DNA of 64,000 bases from an uncultured Chloroflexia bacterium. Its GTDB lineage: Bacteria; Chloroflexota; Limnocylindria; Limnocylindrales; CSP1-4. The position numbers and the translations under genes are program-made. The stretch spans positions 1,312,001 to 1,376,000 of the forward strand of contig CAVPPB010000003.1 of NCBI GenBank assembly GCA_963707215.1, written 5' to 3'. A model generated the notes under the pieces. The model was not told the origin of the DNA, did not search any database, and was given only the letters and a program-made list of their open reading frames with translations. Position 1 is the stretch's first letter. The number at the start of each line of letters is the position of its first letter. Shown in pieces: positions 57,150-64,000 of the stretch.

Positions 57150-58601
57150 ATGCGGGACCTCACCGACCGAGCGCTCGACACCGCTACGGCGCAGGGCGCG
57201 ACGTATGCCGACGCACGGATCGTCCGCCGTCTCGAGGAGTCGATTCCAGGTCAAGTCCGGCCGGGTCGAGGGCGTCTCCTCGGGTGAGACGGAAGGCATC
57301 GGCATCCGGGTCATCGTCGACGGCGCCTGGGGCTTCGCCAGCACCTATCGCCTGGAGCCCCGCGAGATCGAGCGGACGGCCGCCGAGGCGGTCCGGATCG
57401 CCCGGGCCACGGCAACGGCCCTGCCGCCGCCCCGTGGTCCTCGACGATCGCCCACCGGCCCAGGGCAGGTACGAGACCCCGGTCGAGGTCGACCCGTTCA
57501 CCGTCCCGCTGGAGACGAAGATCGCCGACCTCGTCGCGGCGGACGAAGCCATGCGGCGGGTCAAGGGCCTCGCCTTCACCGAGTCGCTCTACGGCGCCCA
57601 GCGCGAGTGGAAGACGTTCGCGGCCAGCGACGGCTCCTATGCCGAGCAGGTCATCACCCACGTCGGCGCCGGGATCGAGGCGAACGCCGCCAGCGGCGAC
57701 GAGCAGCAGCGGCGGACCTACCCCGATGCCGGCGGCGGCTGGCAGGGCGCGGGCTACGAGTACATCCGGAGCCTCGACCTGGCCGGGCGGGCCGAGCCGC
57801 TGGCCGAGGAGGCAGTCGCCCTGCTGACCGCGCCGCAGTGCCCGTCCGGGCGGTTCACCGTCATCCTCGATCCGTCGCAGCTCTACCTCCAGATCCACGA
57901 GAGCTGCGGCCATCCCAGCGAGCTCGACCGGGTCTTCGGGACCGAGGCCAGCTACGCGGGCACGAGCTTCCTGACGACCGACAAGCTCGAGGCGGGCTTC
58001 CGCTACGGATCGGACCTCGTCGACATCGTCGCCGACGCGACGGCGCCGGGCGGGATGGGGACCTTCGGCTGGGACGATGAAGGGGTCGCGGCCCAGGCGG
58101 TGCCGCTCGTCAAGGAGGGCATCTTCGTCGGCTACCTCTCCAGCCGCGAGACCGCTCCGGTCATCAGCCGCCCGTCGGGCGGGGCGATGCGGGCCGACGG
58201 CTGGAACCGCATCCCGCTCATCCGGATGACGAACGTCAACCTGCTGCCCAAGCCGGGCATGAGCCTCGAGGAGATCGTCGCCGACACGGACGACGGGCTC
58301 TACCTCTCGTCGAACCGGTCCTGGTCGATCGACGACCGGCGGCTCAACTTCCAGTTCGCCACCGAGGTCGCCTACGAGATCAAGGGCGGCAAGCTGGGCC
58401 GGCTCTACCGGAACCCGACCTACACCGGGATCACCTACGAGTTCTGGCGATCCTGTGACGCCGTCGGCGACGAGCGCAGCTACCGGATGCTGGGCACGCC
58501 CAACTGCGGCAAGGGCGAGCCGCCGCCAGACCGGCCACGTGGGCCACGCCGTCTCGGGCGCCCGCTTCCGGGACGTCCAGGTCGGGGTCGGCAAGTGGTG
58601 A
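57150..58601 (+). CDS. tldD: TldD family metalloprotease; apparent frameshifts near 57245, 57425 and 58525
   Basis: YADAR, GIGIRV..DGAWGFA, HESCGH zinc motif, DDEG, PLIRMTN, CGKG. Confidence 0.88.
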
Positions 58602-59965
58602 CCGAGGGCAGCGCGGCGCGCGACCCGCGGAGCGCCCTGACCCTGGCGGCGACCGCCATCGGGCATGCGCAGCGGGGCGGAGCGACGGAGGCCGAGGCGC
58701 TCGTCATCGCCGAGGACTCGGCCCTGACCCGGTTCGCCAACAACGAGATCCACCAGAACGTCGCCGAGACGAACGTCCGGATCCAGCTGCGCTTCGTCGC
58801 CGGCAAGCGGATCGGGGTCGCCTCGACCGGGCGCACCGACGACCACGCCGTCCGTGCCCTCGCCGAGACGGCCGGGGCGATCGCCCGCGCCTCGGCCGTG
58901 CTGGAGGATTGGGGCGGCCTGCCGGCCGCGAGCCGGATCGCCGACGTGCCCTACGCCTTCTGCGCCGGCACCGCCAATGCCTCGCCGGAGCTGCGGGCCG
59001 AGAGCGCTCGGGCGGTCATCGGCGCCGCCGACGAGGTCGGCGTGACGGCCTACGGCTCGTTCTCGACCGGCGTCGAGACGGTCGCCGTCGCCAATACCGC
59101 CGGGATCCGCGCCGCCGCGTCCCGGACGACGACCGCACCTGGTGACCGTCTCGATGGGTCCCGACGGCGGCACCGGCTACGCGGAAGGGGCCGGTGTGAG
59201 CGTCGGCTCCATCGACGCCGAGGCCCTCGGTCGCGAAGCGGCCGGCAAGGCCCGCGCCAGCGCGAACCCGGTCTCGATCGAGCCCGGCGACTACCCGGTC
59301 GTGCTCGAGGAATACGCGGTCGTCGACATCCTCGACATGCTCGGCTTCCTCGGCTTCAGCGCCCTGGCGGTCCAGGAGCAGCGCTCCTTCTTCGAGCCGG
59401 GACGGCGGATCGGCAGCGACCTGGTCACCATCCGCGACGATGGCACCGATCCGGCGACGCTGCCGATGGCCTTCGACTACGAGGGGGTCGGGAAGCGGCC
59501 GATCACCCTGGTCGAGCAGGGCCTCTGCCGCGAGCTCGTCTACGACGCCCAGACTGCGGCGCGCGAGGGACGCAAGTCCACCGGCCACGGCCTGCCGGCG
59601 CCGAATCCCTGGGGTCCCTTCCCGATCAACCTCGTCCTCGAGAACGGCCACGCCTCCGCGCGAGGAACTCATCGGCGGGCTGGAGCGCGGGTCTCCTCGT
59701 GACCCGCTTCCACTACACGAACCCGGTCCACCCGAAGCTCGCGATCGTGACCGGGATGACCCGGGACGGGACGTTCCTCGTCGAGGACGGTCGGATCGTC
59801 GGCCCGGTCCGCAACCTCCGCTACACGCAGCGCTACCTCGACGCCCTGGCGGGCATCGAGGCGATCAGCAGCGAGCCGCGGACCTTGATGGGCTTCCTCG
59901 GCGGCGTCTCGACGCCGGCCGTGCGGATCTCGAACTGGACCTTCACCGGGGCCACGGAGCACTAG
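58598..59965 (+). CDS. TldE/PmbA family protein; apparent frameshifts near 59135, 59650 and 59691
   Basis: LTRFANNEIHQN, EPGDYPVVLE, FDYEG, TGH, LLVTRFHY, TGMTRDG, PVRNLR. GTG overlaps the tldD stop. Confidence 0.85.
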   Translation: MTEGSAARDPRSALTLAATAIGHAQRGGATEAEALVIAEDSALTRFANNEIHQNVAETNVRIQLRFVAGKRIGVASTGRTDDHAVRALAETAGAIARASAVLEDWGGLPAASRIADVPYAFCAGTANASPELRAESARAVIGAADEVGVTAYGSFSTGVETVAVANTAGIRAAASRTTTAPGDRLDGSRRRHRLRGRGRCERRLHRRRGPRSRSGRQGPRQREPGLDRARRLPGRARGIRGRRHPRHARLPRLQRPGGPGAALLLRAGTADRQRPGHHPRRWHRSGDAADGLRLRGGREAADHPGRAGPLPRARLRRPDCGARGTQVHRPRPAGAESLGSLPDQPRPRERPRLRARNSSAGWSAGLLVTRFHYTNPVHPKLAIVTGMTRDGTFLVEDGRIVGPVRNLRYTQRYLDALAGIEAISSEPRTLMGFLGGVSTPAVRISNWTFTGATEH

Positions 59966-60032
59966 GGGGCAGGTGCCGTGGTCATCGCTCGAGCCGGCTC
60001 GCGGCACCGGCACCAGCCGGGCGCCTGAGCCC

Positions 60033-60320
60033 ATGGGCCACGACCCCGGATCCGGCGGCGACGAGCTGCCGATCCACGTCACCCGCGACGGCCGGATCTT
60101 CGTGCACGTCGGCACGCGGTTCGTGGAGGCATCCCTCGACGAGGTCGACCGGACGCTGGAGCGCCTCGCGGCTGACCGGGGCTCGGTCGCCTACAGCCGC
60201 GATGACCCGGACGACGAGCCGGCCGGCGTTGCGCTCGATGTCGTGGGCCTGGTGGCCGACCACCGGCTGCCGGTGCGGCTCATCGCCGACACGCCGGACG
60301 AGCTGCTCGACGAGGCCTGA
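60033..60320 (+). CDS. Small acidic hypothetical protein, weakly resembling an ExbD/TolR soluble domain
   Basis: ORF fills the gap between tldE and a convergent gene; IHVTRDGRIFV...SLDEVDRTLERL pattern. Confidence 0.55.
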   Translation: MGHDPGSGGDELPIHVTRDGRIFVHVGTRFVEASLDEVDRTLERLAADRGSVAYSRDDPDDEPAGVALDVVGLVADHRLPVRLIADTPDELLDEA

Positions 60321-60321
60321 C

Positions 60322-61887
60322 CTACTCCGGGCCCAGGTCGTAGCCCATCCGGCGCGGCAGGCGGACCAGCTCACGCAGCAGCCGAGGCGATGATCGCCCG
60401 AGATCGTCGCGCTGCTCCTTGGCGACGATCGCCTCGCGGATGACCCGGGCCCCCATGAACCGGAACGGCTCGGGCGGGAAGCGCCGGGACCGATGCTCGA
60501 CCAGGGGCAGCCGGGCGACCGGGTCGTCGAGGCGGTCGAGGGCCAGCGCCGCCAGGATGCGGCCGCCCAGGTGCGACGGGCCGACGCCCGTCCCGCTGTA
60601 GCCGTGGCCATAGTGGACGGTGCCGGGCTCGAGCGTCCCGAAGGCCGGCAGGTGGTCCGGGGCGATGTCGATCGGCCCGCCCCAGGCGTCCACGAGGGCC
60701 ACATCGGCCAGCTGCGGGTAGAGGCGCCGGAAGCCGCGGGCCGCCAGCCGGACCGAGGCGAGGTCGCGGGTCACCCAGTCTCCCAGCCGTCCGCCGTAGC
60801 CGGCCCGACCACCGCCCCCGCCGAAGGCGATCCGGCCGTCGGCCGTGGCCTGCCAGTAGTGGTTGGTGAAGCGGGCGTCGCTGATGGCGTGGCCGCCCGT
60901 GTAGCCGATCTCGGCCAGGCGGTCGGGGATCGGCTCGGTCAGCACGATGTAGCTGCTCCAGGTCACGAGGCGCGAGCCGAACCGACGCCAGGACGCGGCC
61001 CAGGCGTTGAGCGCGAGGACGACCTGGTCGGCGGTCAGGGTGCCGGACTCGGCGGTCGCCACGGGCTCGGTCCCGCCGGTCGCCACGGGCTCGGTCCCGC
61101 CGGTCGCCACGGCCTCCGTCTCGAGCGTCACCGGCTGGCCCGGCCTCCCGGGCCGCATCCGCCGGAGCCTCGTCCCCTCGTGGATCGTCACGCCCCGCTC
61201 CAGCAGGACCCGCCGCAGCCCGCGCGCCAGGCGCGCCGGCTGGATGTTGGCATCGCCCGGGACGAGATACCCCGCCCGAAGTCGGGGACTGCCGCCGAGC
61301 CGCCGCATCTCGTCCGCGCTGACGGGGCGGAAGCGGTCGGCGAAGCCGAGTCGCCCGGTCAGCTCGGCGCTGCCGTCGAAGCCCCCGTCCTGGGCCCGCG
61401 ACGTCGACGCGAGCAGGGAGCCGACCGGACGCAGCCAGGCGTCGACCCCGTGGCGCTCGCACCATGCCGCGACCTCGCCCGGGGCCCGCTCGCACTCGAG
61501 GGCCGCCGCGACGCCGTCGTCCCTGCCGAAGTGGTGGACGAGGGCCGGCAGCGAGTCCCACCAGCCGGTCAGGAAGCCGCCGTTCCGGCCGCTGGCGCCG
61601 CCACCGACGATGTCCTGGTCGATGATCGTGACCCGGATGCCGGGCGCCTGCTCGATGAGCTGCCAGGCGGTCCAGAGCCCCGTGAAGCCACCGCCGACGA
61701 TCGCGACGTCGGTGCTCGCCGACCCGCGCAGCGGTGGACATGGAGCCCCGGGGTCGGCGGCGAGCGCCTCCCGGAGCCACCACGCCCGGTGCGTTCCGAC
61801 GATCGGCGCCAGCCGCTCCATGTCGGCCGCCAGGACGGCCCCGAGACTGCGGGAACGCTGCTTGGTCGGCGAGTCGAGTCTGGGCAT
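60322..61887 (-). CDS. FAD-dependent oxidoreductase (DadA/PuuB gamma-glutamylputrescine oxidase-like)
   Basis: DVAIVGGGFTGLW, GASGRNGG, QPARLARGL, WGGPID, GYSGTGVG; divergent from agmatinase. Start uncertain. Confidence 0.88.
   Translation of the reverse strand: MPRLDSPTKQRSRSLGAVLAADMERLAPIVGTHRAWWLREALAADPGAPCPPLRGSASTDVAIVGGGFTGLWTAWQLIEQAPGIRVTIIDQDIVGGGASGRNGGFLTGWWDSLPALVHHFGRDDGVAAALECERAPGEVAAWCERHGVDAWLRPVGSLLASTSRAQDGGFDGSAELTGRLGFADRFRPVSADEMRRLGGSPRLRAGYLVPGDANIQPARLARGLRRVLLERGVTIHEGTRLRRMRPGRPGQPVTLETEAVATGGTEPVATGGTEPVATAESGTLTADQVVLALNAWAASWRRFGSRLVTWSSYIVLTEPIPDRLAEIGYTGGHAISDARFTNHYWQATADGRIAFGGGGGRAGYGGRLGDWVTRDLASVRLAARGFRRLYPQLADVALVDAWGGPIDIAPDHLPAFGTLEPGTVHYGHGYSGTGVGPSHLGGRILAALALDRLDDPVARLPLVEHRSRRFPPEPFRFMGARVIREAIVAKEQRDDLGRSSPRLLRELVRLPRRMGYDLGPE
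61052..61112. repeat. 24-bp in-frame tandem repeat, about 2.5 copies (VATGGTEP)
   Basis: CGGTCGCCACGGGCTCGGTCCCGC repeated; translation AVATGGTEPVATGGTEPVATA. Confidence 0.88.
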
Positions 61888-62053
61888 ACTCGCATTGAAG
61901 CGCGTCGGGGAGGGGGCCGGTGCGGTCGGCGCGCAGACAGGGCCGATCTCGGCGCGCAGACCGGGCCGATCGGGGCCCGCGGGCCGAGCCGGTCGCAGCT
62001 TGCCACGCCGGCGCGGCCTCACACGCGGCCGCGGCTTGACACAGGAGTGACGG

Positions 62054-63088
62054 ATGAGCCCACCCGACGACTTCCGGATCGAGCGGAGCGAGCTCCGCGC
62101 CGACGATGAGTACGCCGAGATCCCCGACTGGTACCTGCCCTCGTACGTCGGAGCGACCACCTTCCAGAAGCTCCCCTCCTGCCCGGACGACGAGAGCCTC
62201 GCCGCCGCGAACGCCGAGGTGGCGATCGTCGGCGCGCCGGTCGACGACGGCGCCTCGAACCGGGCCGGCGCCCGCTTCGGGCCACGGGCCATCCGCTCGG
62301 CGACGTACCACTCCGGGGAGCTGTGGTCGATCCAGCTGGAGACCTCGGTCTTCGACCGGATCCGCTGTGTCGACGCCGGCGACGCCCCGGTCGTCCCGTC
62401 GCGCCTGGAGCGGTCGCTCCGCGTCGTCCACGAGAAGGTCCACCGGGTCGCCCGGACCGGCGCGATCCCCATCGTCCTGGGTGGCGATCACTCGATCACC
62501 TACCCGTCGGCGGCCGCGGTCGCCCGGGTCCAGCACCCCCGCAAGATCGGCCTCGTCCACTTCGACGCCCACGCCGATACCGGCCTGGAGGTCTACGGCT
62601 CGCTCATCAGCCACGGGACGCCGATGCGGAACCTCATCCAGGAGGGCTGGGTCGAGGGCCGCAACTTCGTCCAGGTCGGCCTGCGCGGCTACTGGCCGGA
62701 GAAGGACACCTTCGACTGGATGCGCGAGCAGGGCCTGCGCTGGCATCGGATGGTCGAGATCGAGGAGCGCGGCGCCGAGGCGGTCATCGACCAGGCCATC
62801 GCCGAGGCGCTCGACGGACCCGACGCGATCTACCTCTCGATCGACATCGACGTCGTCGACCCGGGCAACGCCCCGGGCACCGGCACGCCCGAACCCGGTG
62901 GCCTCTCGCCGCGCGAGCTGCTGCGGGCCGTGCGGCGGATCGTCTCGAGCGTCGAGCTCGTCGGGATGGATGTCGTGGAGGTGAGCCCGCCGTACGACCA
63001 GGCCGACGTGACCGCGGCCCTGGCCCACCGCTGCGTCCTCGAGGCGATCAGCGCCCTGGCCCTCAAGCGACCGGAGCCGACCGGGTAG
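62054..63088 (+). CDS. speB: Agmatinase (ureohydrolase family)
   Basis: CAGGAG RBS, GARFGPRAIR, GGDHS, DAHAD, SHGTP, SIDIDVVDP, PGTGTPEPGG, VEVSPPYD. Confidence 0.88.
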   Translation: MSPPDDFRIERSELRADDEYAEIPDWYLPSYVGATTFQKLPSCPDDESLAAANAEVAIVGAPVDDGASNRAGARFGPRAIRSATYHSGELWSIQLETSVFDRIRCVDAGDAPVVPSRLERSLRVVHEKVHRVARTGAIPIVLGGDHSITYPSAAAVARVQHPRKIGLVHFDAHADTGLEVYGSLISHGTPMRNLIQEGWVEGRNFVQVGLRGYWPEKDTFDWMREQGLRWHRMVEIEERGAEAVIDQAIAEALDGPDAIYLSIDIDVVDPGNAPGTGTPEPGGLSPRELLRAVRRIVSSVELVGMDVVEVSPPYDQADVTAALAHRCVLEAISALALKRPEPTG

Positions 63089-63126
63089 CCGGCGCGCTCG
63101 GGATACCGGGGCGCCCGCGCGGTTCC

Positions 63127-63150
63127 GTAACGGCCCCGTACCGGCAGCGT
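63127..63150 (+). promoter_or_regulatory. Putative ECF-sigma promoter (GTAAC-N16-CGT)
   Basis: GTAAC at 63127-63131 and CGT at 63148-63150, 14 nt before ATG 63165; matches the generic ECF AAC/CGT consensus. Confidence 0.4.
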
Positions 63151-63164
63151 GGCCTGATGGCGCC

Positions 63165-64000
63165 ATGCAACATCGGACACTCGGGCTGCTCATGGCCCCC
63201 GCGCTCCTGGCATTCCTGGCCTCGGCATGTGCCGACACCCCGGCCGAGCCGACGCCGGCACCCAGCGCGCGCGAAGCGCCATCGACCAGCCGTCCGCTCG
63301 TCATCGATGTCGACCTCGATGCGAGCGACCTCCTCGCGGTCGCCATCCTCGTCCGCGACCCGGCCCTCGATGTCCGGGCGCTGACCGTCTCGGCGACGGG
63401 GCTCATCCACTGCGAGCCGGGGCTGCGCGTCGGAAGGGGGCTCCTCGACGCCCTCGGTCGCCCAGACGTCCCGGTCGCCTGCGGCCGCGAGACCGCCGAA
63501 GGCGACGCCCGCCCATTCCCGGACGCATGGAGGGAGGGCGCCGACCGCGCCTGGGGCATGTCGCTTGCCGAGGCGGTGCCGGACTCCGACCCGGGCACGG
63601 CAGCCGAGCTGATCTCCCGGGTCGTCGCCGCCAGCGAGCGGCCGGTCACGGTCTTCGCGGCTGGGCCGCTGACCAACATCGCCGATGCCCTCGCCGCGGA
63701 TCCCGAGCTGGAGCGACGGATCGAGCGACTGCACCTGATGGGCGGGGCCGTCGACGCCCTGGGCAACGTCATCGTGGACGACGTGTCGCAGGCCGATCGG
63801 CTGGAGTGGAACTTCGTGGCCGACCCTGGAGCGGTCGGCGCGGTACTCGCGTCGTCCGTCCCGATCGACCTCGTCCCGCTCGACGCCACCGACGACGTGC
63901 CCGTGCCAGCTGACCTCCTGGCCTGGCTCGAGGAGGACCACACGGCCGCCGGTGCCGATATCGCCTACGAGCTGCTGCTTCGGTTCCCCGGCCGCATCAC
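63165..64000 (+). CDS. Lipoprotein nucleoside hydrolase (IU-NH family); 3' end runs off the window
   Basis: Read manually: MQHRTLGLLMAPALLAFLASAC (lipobox), VIDVDLDASD, AGPLTNIA, LMGGA, EWNFVADP, VPLDAT. Confidence 0.85.
   Translation, partial: MQHRTLGLLMAPALLAFLASACADTPAEPTPAPSAREAPSTSRPLVIDVDLDASDLLAVAILVRDPALDVRALTVSATGLIHCEPGLRVGRGLLDALGRPDVPVACGRETAEGDARPFPDAWREGADRAWGMSLAEAVPDSDPGTAAELISRVVAASERPVTVFAAGPLTNIADALAADPELERRIERLHLMGGAVDALGNVIVDDVSQADRLEWNFVADPGAVGAVLASSVPIDLVPLDATDDVPVPADLLAWLEEDHTAAGADIAYELLLRFPGRI

Noticed and set aside
55332-59965. Calling the GGDEF gene, tmk, tldD and tldE pseudogenes
   Set aside because: Only indels are seen, the catalytic motifs of tmk and tldD are intact, and tmk is normally essential, so sequencing error is more likely.
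57150-60320. TldD/E as part of a RiPP (microcin-like) cluster
   Set aside because: No YcaO or other modification enzyme and no plausible precursor peptide lie nearby; housekeeping TldDE is sufficient.

Overview
Very GC-rich bacterial chromosomal segment. The gene content suggests a monoderm, most likely a Chloroflexota-type metagenomic genome; this is inference, not a database result. No rRNA, tRNA, CRISPR array, IS or prophage was recognised. From left to right: (i) a partial parvulin-type PPIase; (ii) a ~28 kb cell-surface locus with two nucleotide-sugar dehydrogenases, a WbpB/WbpE/WbpD/2-epimerase set (diacetamido-uronic acid pathway), six glycosyltransferases, a Wzm/Wzt-type exporter, a polyprenol-phosphate-mannose synthase, two secreted proteins each ending in three nearly identical CWB2 repeats, and rmlABDC; (iii) mreBC, a phospholipase D, radC and a cluster of membrane and zinc-ribbon genes around a UPF0182 protein; (iv) guaA/guaB3/NUDIX/DinB; (v) a compact four-gene operon at 47675-53132 encoding a 2-TM coiled-coil protein, a solute-binding+vWA protein, a divergent PspA/ESCRT-III-like protein and a classical-clade AAA+ ATPase. 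This operon is the best candidate for an uncharacterised system, possibly an ESCRT-III/Vps4-like membrane-remodelling module; (vi) MFS, MaoC, the c-di-AMP receptor darA, a degenerate GAF-GGDEF protein, tmk and tldD/tldE (the last four broken by probable sequencing indels); (vii) polyamine-catabolism genes and a partial lipoprotein nucleoside hydrolase. About a dozen genes have a TAnnnT -10 box only 6-9 nt before the start codon, suggesting widespread leaderless transcription. All product calls rest on motif recognition by eye.
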